From positions 1 through 35,821 of the forward strand of contig CAMJEC010000003.1 in NCBI GenBank assembly GCA_946404585.1: a stretch of DNA of 35,821 nt, written 5' to 3'. This DNA comes from an uncultured Bacillales bacterium. GTDB taxonomy: Bacteria > Bacillota_I > Bacilli_A > RFN20 > CAG-826. The position numbers and the translations under genes are program-made. Under the pieces are notes generated by a model. It was not told where the DNA came from and did not search any database. It saw only the letters and a list, made by a program, of their open reading frames with translations. Positions 1 through 8,973 of the stretch are shown here, piece by piece (within the stretch, counting starts at the first letter, position 1; each line of letters begins with the position of its first letter).

Positions 1-429
1 TTAGACATCTTAACAAAGATTTGTGATGGTAAAGGTGAACCTCAAGACTTAGAAGATCTTAAGGAATTAAGTAATGTTATTAGAAATAACTCCTTATGTG
101 CTTTAGGTCAAACTGCCACAAACCCAATTCTCTCCACACTGAAAGCTTTCCCAGAAGAATACGAAGCTCACGTCAAAGATCACAAATGTCCAGCTCACGT
201 TTGTAAGAACATGATGGAATACTACATTCTTCCAAATAAATGTATCGGTTGTGGTCTCTGTATGAGAAACTGCCCAGTCGGCGCTATCGCTCCTGGTACA
301 GAACCTGCTCACTTACCAAATGGTAACGTTAACCCAGGTAAATTCGCCCACGTCATTGATCCTAAAAAGTGTGTCAAGTGTGGTTCATGTTTAAGTGGTT
401 GCCGTATTGGTGCAATCACCAAGAGATAG
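1..429 (+). CDS. hydB: NuoF-like beta subunit of multimeric [FeFe]-hydrogenase, C-terminal part (5' truncated by window)
   Basis: Frame is open from base 1: LDILTKICDGKG..SLCALGQTATNP..YEAHV..KCPAHVC, then two CxxCxxCxxxC ferredoxin motifs; directly upstream of hydA. Confidence 0.9.
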   Translation, partial: LDILTKICDGKGEPQDLEDLKELSNVIRNNSLCALGQTATNPILSTLKAFPEEYEAHVKDHKCPAHVCKNMMEYYILPNKCIGCGLCMRNCPVGAIAPGTEPAHLPNGNVNPGKFAHVIDPKKCVKCGSCLSGCRIGAITKR

Positions 430-441
430 GAGGAAATAGCC

Positions 442-2205
442 ATGTCATTAGTTAATATCAAAATTAATGGTCAACCTTACCAAGTTGAATCCGGTCTTAC
501 AGTTTTAGAAGCTGCAAGAAAATGTGGTTACGTCGTTCCTTCTCTCTGTGCCTTCAACCATGGCAAATGCTCTTTGGCCTCCTGCCGTGTTTGCTTAGTT
601 GAAGTCGTGGGTGCTCGTGGCTTAGTGGCCTCTTGTGTCTACCCAGTTAACGAAGGTATGGAAATCATTACCAATTCCCAAAAAGCCGTCGAAGCCAGAC
701 GTGCCTCCGTGGAATTAATCCTTTCCAACCACCAAAAGAACTGTTTACAATGCCCAAAACAAGGCAAATGTGAATTATTAGAAGTCGCTAACATCGTTGG
801 TGCTCGTGATCAAAAATTCATGGGTGAACAATCACCAGCTACTGTTGACGAATTAGCCCCAGGCTTAATGAGAAATACCGCTAAATGTATCTTATGTGGT
901 CGTTGTATCGAAAGATGTAAAGAAGCTCATGGTATTTCCATCCTCGGTTTTGAAAACCGTGGTTTCAAAGCCATCGTTGCTCCTGCACAAAATAGAAGTT
1001 TCGCTGAAAGCCCTTGCTTACAATGTGGTCAATGCGTGAACGTCTGTCCAACAGGTGCCTTATACGAAAACGAAGAAATCGCTAAAGTTGACGCAGCCTT
1101 CAAAGCGGGTAAGAAAGTTATCGTTCAAACCGCTCCAGCTGTTAGAGCCGCCATCGCTGAAGAATTCGGTGAACCAATTGGTACAACCGGTACAGGCAAA
1201 ATGGTCGCTGCCTTAAGAAGATTAGGTTTCTACCGTGTCTTTGATACCAACTTTGGTGCTGACTTAACAATCATGGAAGAAGCGCATGAATTAATGGATA
1301 GAATTACCAAAAAGACCGCGCCACTTCCACAAATCACATCCTGTTCCCCAGGTTGGATTAACTACTTAGAATACTTCTATCCAGAAGTCATTCCAAACGT
1401 CTCTTCATGTAAGTCCCCACATATGATGGTGGGTGCTATCGTGAAATCCTACTTTGCCAAAAAGCATGAATTAGATCCAAAGGATATCTTTGTGGTCTCC
1501 GTCATGCCATGTACCGCTAAGAAGTACGAAAGACAAAGAAAAGAAATGCCAAATGATGTCGATGCTGTTTTAACAACACGTGAATTAGCAAAGATGATCA
1601 AACGTGCTGGTATCGTTTGGAACAAATTACCAGATGAAGAATTTGATAACGACTTACTCGGCGAATATAGTGGTGCTGGTGTCATCTTCGGTGTCACCGG
1701 TGGCGTTATGGAAGCCGCTTTAAGAACAGCTTATTTCTGGTTAACTGGTAAAGAATATAAGGAAATTAACTTCACCGCTGTCCGTGGCTTAGAAGGTGTT
1801 AAAGAAGCCGCTTTAAATATCAATGGTACTGAAATCAAAGTCGCCGTTACATCCGGCATGGCTAACGCTAAGAAGCTTTTAGACCAAATTAAAGATGGTA
1901 CTTCTCCATACGCTTTCATCGAAGTCATGTGTTGTCCAGGTGGATGTATCAACGGTGGTGGTCAACCATTCGTTAAACCAATCTTCTTACCAAACGAAGA
2001 TGATGACATCTTAGAAACATACCGCGCTAAACGTGCCAGCGTGTTATATAGTGAAGATGAACGCTTAGTCATTCGTCAATCACACAATAACAAAGACATC
2101 CAAAAACTCTATGCTGATTTCTTGGGTGAACCTGGTAGCGAACTCGCTGAAGAATTACTCCACACTTCCTATAATGCGAAGAGAGAAAAATTTCCAGTAA
2201 AGTAA
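442..2205 (+). CDS. hydA: [FeFe]-hydrogenase catalytic subunit, group A (probably A3, bifurcating/NADH-linked)
   Basis: N-terminal 2Fe-2S, HxxxCxxC and two 4Fe-4S motifs; H-cluster motifs TSCSPGW, MPCTAKKYE, EVMCCPGGCINGGGQP; LLHT C-terminus; SD GGAGG. Confidence 0.95.
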   Translation: MSLVNIKINGQPYQVESGLTVLEAARKCGYVVPSLCAFNHGKCSLASCRVCLVEVVGARGLVASCVYPVNEGMEIITNSQKAVEARRASVELILSNHQKNCLQCPKQGKCELLEVANIVGARDQKFMGEQSPATVDELAPGLMRNTAKCILCGRCIERCKEAHGISILGFENRGFKAIVAPAQNRSFAESPCLQCGQCVNVCPTGALYENEEIAKVDAAFKAGKKVIVQTAPAVRAAIAEEFGEPIGTTGTGKMVAALRRLGFYRVFDTNFGADLTIMEEAHELMDRITKKTAPLPQITSCSPGWINYLEYFYPEVIPNVSSCKSPHMMVGAIVKSYFAKKHELDPKDIFVVSVMPCTAKKYERQRKEMPNDVDAVLTTRELAKMIKRAGIVWNKLPDEEFDNDLLGEYSGAGVIFGVTGGVMEAALRTAYFWLTGKEYKEINFTAVRGLEGVKEAALNINGTEIKVAVTSGMANAKKLLDQIKDGTSPYAFIEVMCCPGGCINGGGQPFVKPIFLPNEDDDILETYRAKRASVLYSEDERLVIRQSHNNKDIQKLYADFLGEPGSELAEELLHTSYNAKREKFPVK

Positions 2206-2215
2206 ATTAATATTT

Positions 2216-2247
2216 GGGGCGGGTACTTAAATACTCGCCCCTTATTG
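2216..2247 (+). terminator. Intrinsic terminator of hyd operon
   Basis: GGGGCGGGTA-cttaaa-TACTCGCCCC hairpin followed by TTATT. Confidence 0.7.
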
Positions 2248-2269
2248 TCTCTAAAAGAGGAAACAACTT

Positions 2270-3607
2270 ATGAACATCAAATTTTACAATTCCCTTTCTA
2301 ATTCACTAGAAGATTTCAAAACTATCCAAGACAAAAAGGTTAGTATGTATGTCTGTGGACCAACAGTCTATAACTATCCACATATTGGCAATATGAGACC
2401 AGTCGTTGTCTTTGATACTTTGAGACGCTTTTTGACTTATGTTGGCTATGACGTCACTTATGTTAGTAACTACACTGATGTCGATGACAAGATCATCAAA
2501 GCTGCGAAGCAAGAAGGTAAATCAGAAAAGGAATTAACCGATTTCTACATCGGTGAATTTGAAAAGACTGTGAAAGGTATTGGTTCTCAAATTCCTACAA
2601 TTACCCCAAGAGTTACCGAATATATGCCAAAGATTATTGCCTATATTGATAACCTTGTTAAAACCGGTGCCGCTTATGAAAGAGATGGGGATGTTTATTT
2701 CCGCGTTGAAAACATCAAAGATTATGGTGTTTTAAGTGGCATAAATGTAGAAGATTTACGCGTAGGCGCCCGTGTAGAAGAGAATTCACAAAAAGAAAGC
2801 CCATTAGACTTCGCCTTATGGAAAAAGACTGACGAAGGCATCAAATGGGATTCACCATGGGGCAAAGGTAGACCAGGCTGGCACACTGAATGCTGTGTGA
2901 TGATTGATTCCATCTTCCCAGGTGACCATATTGATATCCATGGTGGTGGTTATGACTTAAAATTCCCACACCATGAAAACGAAATTGCTCAAAGTGAAGC
3001 GACACATCATAGTAAGATTGCTCACTTCTGGATGCATAACGCCTTCATTAACTTTGGCAACGAAAAGATGTCCAAGTCTTTAGGCAATGTCGTCTTAGCT
3101 AAAGATATGATTGCCACTTATGGTGGTTTAGTCACACGTTTAGTTATTTTAAACGCTCATTATAGACAAGCAGTTAACTTCACTGATGAAACAGTAAAAG
3201 AAGCCCAACAAGAAGTTTCTAGAATGCAAATGGCTTATAAACAAGCTGCACTTAAATTACAGGCTAACAAAGTTAATTTAGATGAAGGTAAGCCAGAATA
3301 CATTGCTAAGTTCTTAGAAGCCTTAGCCAATGACTTAAATACCGCGAACGCTTTAGCGGAACTTTATAACGTCCTTAAGGATGTCAATCAGCTGATTAGA
3401 AGTAGAGATGCTGATTTAAATCAACTAAATAACTTATTTAAAACACTTACTGATATGTTCTGTGTTTTAGGACTAGACATTAAGTACGTAAAGTTTGATA
3501 ATGATATCTCGCAGTTATACGAGGAATATTTAAAAAGCAAAGAAAACAAAGACTTTGCTAAATCTGATGAGATCAGAAATCTTTTAATTACAAAAGGAGT
3601 CATGTAA
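2270..3607 (+). CDS. cysS: Cysteine--tRNA ligase
   Basis: MYVCGPTVY, HIGN, GRPGWHTEC, FPHHENE and KMSKS motifs. Confidence 0.98.
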   Translation: MNIKFYNSLSNSLEDFKTIQDKKVSMYVCGPTVYNYPHIGNMRPVVVFDTLRRFLTYVGYDVTYVSNYTDVDDKIIKAAKQEGKSEKELTDFYIGEFEKTVKGIGSQIPTITPRVTEYMPKIIAYIDNLVKTGAAYERDGDVYFRVENIKDYGVLSGINVEDLRVGARVEENSQKESPLDFALWKKTDEGIKWDSPWGKGRPGWHTECCVMIDSIFPGDHIDIHGGGYDLKFPHHENEIAQSEATHHSKIAHFWMHNAFINFGNEKMSKSLGNVVLAKDMIATYGGLVTRLVILNAHYRQAVNFTDETVKEAQQEVSRMQMAYKQAALKLQANKVNLDEGKPEYIAKFLEALANDLNTANALAELYNVLKDVNQLIRSRDADLNQLNNLFKTLTDMFCVLGLDIKYVKFDNDISQLYEEYLKSKENKDFAKSDEIRNLLITKGVM

Positions 3608-3608
3608 G

Positions 3609-5123
3609 TTGACAAATACAGAAAGCGTTAACACATCATTAATCGAAAAATTACTTGATGCACTTAATATTACTGGTGGAGTTAAAACCGCTAGTAGTGT
3701 CATCATTGCTTTAGGCGCGATTTTAATATGTGGCTTTTTGATGACAAGACTCACTAAATTACTTAAATTACCAAACGTTACTGCTTATATCATTACTGGT
3801 GTTTTAATTGGTCCATCAGTGATTAACCTTATTCCTCAAGAATTTATAACAAGAACTGACTTTGTTAGTGATATCGCTTTAGCCTTTATCGCTTTTACCG
3901 CTGGACAGTTCTTTAAAATAAGCGAACTTAAAAAAGCAGGCTGGAAGGTATTGATTATCACCGTTTTTGAAGCCCTTGCCGCTTTTGTTATTGTCTTCTG
4001 TTTATGCTTCTTTGTTTTCCGCTTAAGCGTTGCTTTCTCATTAGTTTTAGGCGCCCTCAGTAGTGCGACCGCGCCAGCATCAACATTGATGACAATTAAA
4101 CAAACTAAAGCTAAAGGCCATTATGTTAATACATTATTAGAAGTTGTCGCTTTAGATGATGTTGTGACTTTATTGCTCTATAGTGTCGCTATTGCTATTT
4201 GCATTGGCATTTCTAAAGGCTCGGTGGGCTTTATGGAAGTTGGCTGGCCAATTATTGAAAATATCATTTGCTTAGCAATTGGCTTTGTTTTTGGTTTTAT
4301 TTTAAGATTCCTAATTTCTTCAAAGAGAACAACAGATAATCGACTAATTATCGTTTTAGCTGTTTTATTATTATTCTGTGGCATATGTTCATTGTTTGGG
4401 CAAAGTCCATTACTAGGTTGTATGGCTATTGGAATGGTCTACACTAATACCGCCAAGCAAGAAGAAAAATTATTTGCACAAGTTAATTATTTCATTCCAC
4501 CTATTATGCTTGTTTTCTTTGTAAGAAGTGGCATGAATTTCTCATTTAGCGCTTTTACAAGCACAAGTTCAATTGCGGTTGTGCCACTTATCGTCGTAGC
4601 AATAGTTTATTTCTTTGCTCGTATTGCTGGTAAATACGGCGGAGCATATCTTGGTTGCTTGATTACTAGAACCCCTGCGAAAACTAGACATTTCTTAGGC
4701 CTTGCTCTTATTCCTCAAGCCGGTGTTGCTATCGGTTTAGCGGCAATGGGTGCGAGAACTTTCTCTTCTTTTGGCTTAGAAGCCGAAGCAACCGCTTTAA
4801 CTACAATCATCTTAGCATCATCCATCCTTTATGAATTAATTGGTCCAGGATGCGCTAAACTTGGCTTATATCTATCTGGTTCATATGGTAAAGAAAATAT
4901 TGATGAACTAGCACCAGAAAGCGTGGTGCAACACAGAGTGGTTAATGATGAAGGCTCATCTAGAGAAATTGACTTATTAGCCGCCCAAATCAAACACATC
5001 TCAGAGGAAATTCCACCAATTGGTGTTGAAGAAGCAAATGAACAAGCCTTTACTGAGGCTGCAGAAGAATATGAAAATGAAACCTTTAATCGTAATCATA
5101 GAGGTTTCCTTAACCGTAAGTAG
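3609..5123 (+). CDS. Cation:proton antiporter (CPA family) with acidic C-terminal tail
   Basis: About 12-13 hydrophobic segments, SATAPA and ALDD motifs, LIPQAGVAIGLA; TTG start with AAGGAG upstream. Confidence 0.85.
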   Translation: MTNTESVNTSLIEKLLDALNITGGVKTASSVIIALGAILICGFLMTRLTKLLKLPNVTAYIITGVLIGPSVINLIPQEFITRTDFVSDIALAFIAFTAGQFFKISELKKAGWKVLIITVFEALAAFVIVFCLCFFVFRLSVAFSLVLGALSSATAPASTLMTIKQTKAKGHYVNTLLEVVALDDVVTLLLYSVAIAICIGISKGSVGFMEVGWPIIENIICLAIGFVFGFILRFLISSKRTTDNRLIIVLAVLLLFCGICSLFGQSPLLGCMAIGMVYTNTAKQEEKLFAQVNYFIPPIMLVFFVRSGMNFSFSAFTSTSSIAVVPLIVVAIVYFFARIAGKYGGAYLGCLITRTPAKTRHFLGLALIPQAGVAIGLAAMGARTFSSFGLEAEATALTTIILASSILYELIGPGCAKLGLYLSGSYGKENIDELAPESVVQHRVVNDEGSSREIDLLAAQIKHISEEIPPIGVEEANEQAFTEAAEEYENETFNRNHRGFLNRK

Positions 5124-5135
5124 GAGGATTATCTT

Positions 5136-5867
5136 ATGGAAGACTTTATCGCATTAGATCCAATTAGCCAATTAACAAATGGATGGCTAGCGGAATTCAA
5201 CATTTGGACAATCATTATTAGATTAGCGTTAGCCTTTATTATCGGTGCTTCATTCGGTTTTGAAAGAAGTAGAAAGAGACATACCGCTGGCTTTAGAACA
5301 TTTACCTTTGTGGCATTATTCTCCACAATCGCGGCCTTACTTGATGTTTATTTCATGGCCAACTTCAAAGTGGTCTTCCCAGCCGTCACAGCCGCTGTTG
5401 TATTAGGTGGTGCTATTATTTCTGGTAACACCCTTCTTTATTCCTCTAAAAACCAAATTAAAGGTTTAACAACTGCTGTCGCTTTATGGCTTACCGCTAT
5501 TATCGGTGCTTCATTCGGTGCGGGCTTATATACCATCGGTTTAATCGGTGTTGTTCTTGCCTTCATTACATTAAGCGCAATGCCAAGAATTGAAGTTTAT
5601 ATGAAGAATAAGAGCAATCACTTTGAAATTCATTTAGAGCTCAAGAATAGAAACGATTTAGTGAACTTCACTGGTGTTGTTCGTAAACTTGGCTTAAAGA
5701 TTGTTGATATCGAAGCTAACCCAGCCTATAACAATACAGGCCTTGGAGTTTATACCATTTCCATCACAATTAACTCTAAAGAGTTGAAAAAATACAAAAC
5801 TCATACAGAAATTATTGAAGCCTTATCGACTTTGGAATACATTAATTGTATTGAAGAAATCGACTAA
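5136..5867 (+). CDS. MgtC/SapB family membrane protein
   Basis: GFER..HTAGFRT, IKGLTTAVALW..IG...GAG signature; ACT-like C-terminal domain. Confidence 0.9.
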   Translation: MEDFIALDPISQLTNGWLAEFNIWTIIIRLALAFIIGASFGFERSRKRHTAGFRTFTFVALFSTIAALLDVYFMANFKVVFPAVTAAVVLGGAIISGNTLLYSSKNQIKGLTTAVALWLTAIIGASFGAGLYTIGLIGVVLAFITLSAMPRIEVYMKNKSNHFEIHLELKNRNDLVNFTGVVRKLGLKIVDIEANPAYNNTGLGVYTISITINSKELKKYKTHTEIIEALSTLEYINCIEEID

Positions 5868-5869
5868 TT

Positions 5870-6595
5870 ATGAATAAGGACATCAATCTAATCTACGGAA
5901 AGAATCCAGTATACGAAGCTCTCAATGCGAAAAAGGCGTTGAAAGTTTTTGTTGTTCCTAGTTTCTCAGATCCAAGAATCACTAATCTCGTTAGAGAATA
6001 TAAGATTCCTGTGGTTACTGTTTCCCCTAATGAAATGGATAAGATGTCTAATAACGGTGTCCATCAAGGAGTCGCCGCTGAACTTAAACCATATCAGACG
6101 GTTTCTTTAGACGAAATCATTCTTAGAGCAAAAAAGAAAGAAAAGAAGATTATCGTCATGCTTGATAATATTGAGGATCCACATAACTTAGGCGCTATTT
6201 TAAGAAGTGCGGATGTCTTTGAAGCATCTGGAGTTATCTTACCTAAGCATAATTCCGTTTCTTTAAATGCCACTGTGGCAAAGACAAGTGCGGGCGCTAT
6301 TAACTATGTGCCAGTCGCAGTTGTAAATAACCTCAATCAAGCAATTAAACAGTTAAAAGAAGAAGGCTACTGGGTTGTTTCTACAGATGGTAGTGCAACG
6401 ATTTCCTATTCTTCTATCAAATATGATTTTCCAGTTGTTGTGGTCATAGGCAGTGAAGGTAAAGGTGTTTCATCTCTTGTTCTAAAGAATTCTGATTATG
6501 TTGTGAAGATTCCTCAATTCGGACATGTCAATTCTTTAAATGCTTCCGTGGCGGCCGGCATATTATTAGCGGAGGTGCATAAAACAAATATCTAA
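5870..6595 (+). CDS. rlmB: 23S rRNA (G2251-2'-O)-methyltransferase, SPOUT/TrmH family
   Basis: IYGKNPVYEAL, HQGV, DPHNLGAILRS, GSEGKG, SLNASVA; usual position after cysS. Confidence 0.93.
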   Translation: MNKDINLIYGKNPVYEALNAKKALKVFVVPSFSDPRITNLVREYKIPVVTVSPNEMDKMSNNGVHQGVAAELKPYQTVSLDEIILRAKKKEKKIIVMLDNIEDPHNLGAILRSADVFEASGVILPKHNSVSLNATVAKTSAGAINYVPVAVVNNLNQAIKQLKEEGYWVVSTDGSATISYSSIKYDFPVVVVIGSEGKGVSSLVLKNSDYVVKIPQFGHVNSLNASVAAGILLAEVHKTNI

Positions 6596-6612
6596 TCGAA
6601 AGGAGATTTGTT

Positions 6613-7236
6613 ATGGCACCCAAAACCTATAACCGCATTCTGGATGAGCACCTACATATCCTAATTACACAAGGCAATCATGAAGCCTATCTGTATTTAG
6701 TAAAACGCTATCGCAAATATTTCAAAGGTTTGACTTGCGAAATGTTAGAGAAATACCCAAATAGTGGTGTTTCTTTTAAAGAACTCATGGCAATTTGCTC
6801 ACAATTATTTCCCCACATCATAAGGAAATATGATCCCCAGCGATTGTCTTCTTTCTTTATCTTTTGGAGAGAAAGTAGCGAGAAAGCAATTGTGGATTAT
6901 TTATTAGAGAATTCTTATCTAGCGAATGCGGCAATGTTTCGTGGATTTGTTTCTTTTGATGAAGAAGCTGATGAAAGAAGATTCGCAGGCGAAAGAATCG
7001 CAGAGTTCAATGAACATCACTATAATGAAAAACGCATTGAAGAATTAAAAAGAATAATCTACGATCATAGAAAAGAATTTAAGCATCAAGAATTTGCGAT
7101 GTTAGCACTGATGTTAGAAGGCTATGATCTTAATGATTTAGAGCATACAGGAATGATGAGTAGGTCCTCATTATATTTAACCTTCAATAACGCTTGTGAC
7201 AAAATCAGAAAATACATCCAAACAGCGAAAAAATAG
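6613..7236 (+). CDS. Divergent sigma-70 family factor (SigH/ComX-like)
   Basis: DEHL...QGNHEAY.YLV.RY region-2 start, KYD...SF, region-4-like end (E..ML.LMLEGY....); occupies the sigH position after rlmB. Confidence 0.65.
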   Translation: MAPKTYNRILDEHLHILITQGNHEAYLYLVKRYRKYFKGLTCEMLEKYPNSGVSFKELMAICSQLFPHIIRKYDPQRLSSFFIFWRESSEKAIVDYLLENSYLANAAMFRGFVSFDEEADERRFAGERIAEFNEHHYNEKRIEELKRIIYDHRKEFKHQEFAMLALMLEGYDLNDLEHTGMMSRSSLYLTFNNACDKIRKYIQTAKK

Positions 7237-7299
7237 CGGTTATATGCCTTTCATCACAAAGTGAAAATGGCAATATCGTTATTCATTTTTGCTCTCGCG

Positions 7300-7308
7300 T
7301 GATATAAT
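7300..7308 (+). promoter_or_regulatory. Extended -10 promoter for the ecf-truA operon
   Basis: TG-A-TATAAT ending 7 nt before ATG 7316. Confidence 0.6.
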
Positions 7309-7315
7309 CACAACC

Positions 7316-8134
7316 ATGAGCAAACTAGAAATCAAAAATTTGAGCTTCTCATATGACGGCAGTAACAAAGTTATTGACGATATATCTTTCAGTGTTGAAA
7401 AGGGTACATTTGTCTCCGTCCTAGGGCATAATGGTTCTGGTAAATCCACATTGGCGAAGTTAATCGTGGGCTTACTTGATAAAGCCGGGGGACAAATCTT
7501 TTTTAATGACGTCGAAATCACCGAAAAGAATCTTAAAGACTTACAAACTAAGACCTCTTTAATTTTCCAAAATCCTGATAACCAATTCATTGGTTCAACA
7601 GTGGAAGATGATATTGCCTTTGGTTTAGAAAATAGATGTTTTCCACACGATCAAATGCAAGCGGAAGTCGAACGCTTCGCTGATAGTGTGAATATGTTGG
7701 ACCATTTAAAGAAAGAGCCTATTAATCTTTCTGGTGGTCAAAAACAAAGAATCGCTTTAGCGGGTGCTTTAATTTTAAGACCAGAAATCTTAATCCTTGA
7801 TGAAGCCACATCAATGCTTGATCCTAAAGGTAAATCCACAGTGAGAAAGGTCATTGACCGTATCCACAAGGAAAACAAAGAACTCACAATTATTTCTATT
7901 ACTCACGATATCGATGAAGCACTTTTAAGCGACAAGGTATTGATTTTGAGCAAAGGTAAACTCGTTAAAGAAGGCAAACCACAAGACATATTGAGAGATG
8001 AATCCGCTTTATTAGAAGTGAAACTCGATATGCCTTTTGTTTACAAAATCGAAAAAGAACTAGAAGAAATTGGCATTAATTCCAATGCGGAAACTATTGA
8101 CCAATTAGTGGAGGATATATGGGCATCCAAGTAA
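7316..8134 (+). CDS. ecfA1: ECF transporter ATPase 1
   Basis: GHNGSGKST, FQNPDNQF, LSGGQKQR, LDEATSMLDP; ATG 7316 preferred over TTG 7289. Confidence 0.93.
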   Translation: MSKLEIKNLSFSYDGSNKVIDDISFSVEKGTFVSVLGHNGSGKSTLAKLIVGLLDKAGGQIFFNDVEITEKNLKDLQTKTSLIFQNPDNQFIGSTVEDDIAFGLENRCFPHDQMQAEVERFADSVNMLDHLKKEPINLSGGQKQRIALAGALILRPEILILDEATSMLDPKGKSTVRKVIDRIHKENKELTIISITHDIDEALLSDKVLILSKGKLVKEGKPQDILRDESALLEVKLDMPFVYKIEKELEEIGINSNAETIDQLVEDIWASK

Positions 8135-8973
8135 AAAATATCTTCTACACTTACCAAAAGAAAGCCACTAATGCAACCCAAGCTTTAATGGATGTTTCTC
8201 TTGAAATCAAAGACAATGATTTCTTAGCAATTGTTGGTGAAACTGGTTCTGGTAAATCAACATTAGCCCAAATGTTTAATGCCCTTTTAATCCCTGATAA
8301 AGGCGATGTTTTAGTCAATGACTATGTCATTAACTATAAGAATAGAAAGAGCCGTAAATTACGTGGCTTAAGAAAACAAGTTGGTTTAGTTTTCCAATTC
8401 CCTGAATATCAATTATTTGAAGAAACAGTGGAAAAGGATGTGGCTTTTGGTGTTAAAAACTTCGGTGTTAAAGGCGAAGAAGCGCTTAATAGAGCCCATG
8501 AAGCTTTAAAACAAGTTGGCTTAGATGAATCCTACTTCAAAAGAGCGCCTTTTGATTTATCCGGTGGTGAAAAAAGAAAAGTCGCTATCGCGGGTATCTT
8601 AGCAATCGACCCAGATATCTTAATCTTTGATGAACCAACCGCAGGATTTGATCCACAAAGTAGCAAAGACTTAATGAATCTCATTACTGAGTTCCATAAA
8701 AATGGTAAAACCATTATTATCATTACCCATGATATGGACTTAGTTAATACATACACTAAACGAGTGGTGATGTTAGAAAGAGGACAAGTGACTTTTGATG
8801 GCACTCCTAATGAATTATTTGGCTATATCAAAGGCTACGACCGTTTAGATACTCCTTCCGTTATTAAAGTGGCAGAAAAACTAAAAGAGAAGGGCATGGA
8901 TATCGATATCAACGAAATTCACACTAATGAAGACTTAGTTGAAGCGATTAAAAAATGGAGGAATAAAGCATGA
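8119..8973 (+). CDS. ecfA2: ECF transporter ATPase 2
   Basis: GETGSGKST, FQFPEYQLFEETV, LSGGEKRKVAIAG. Confidence 0.93.
   Translation: MGIQVKNIFYTYQKKATNATQALMDVSLEIKDNDFLAIVGETGSGKSTLAQMFNALLIPDKGDVLVNDYVINYKNRKSRKLRGLRKQVGLVFQFPEYQLFEETVEKDVAFGVKNFGVKGEEALNRAHEALKQVGLDESYFKRAPFDLSGGEKRKVAIAGILAIDPDILIFDEPTAGFDPQSSKDLMNLITEFHKNGKTIIIITHDMDLVNTYTKRVVMLERGQVTFDGTPNELFGYIKGYDRLDTPSVIKVAEKLKEKGMDIDINEIHTNEDLVEAIKKWRNKA

Noticed and set aside
211-429. Stand-alone 72-aa ferredoxin
   Set aside because: The frame is open from base 1; it is the C-terminal domain of HydB
2206-2269. T-box upstream of cysS
   Set aside because: The intergenic region is only ~64 nt and lacks the T-box consensus
3560-3607. 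CysS truncated by the downstream insertion (pseudogene)
   Set aside because: All catalytic motifs are intact, and similarly short C-termini occur in Mollicute CysS
8970-8973. Genetic code 4 (TGA=Trp)
   Set aside because: TGA ends ecfA2 in a normal ATGA overlap and all long genes translate intact with code 11
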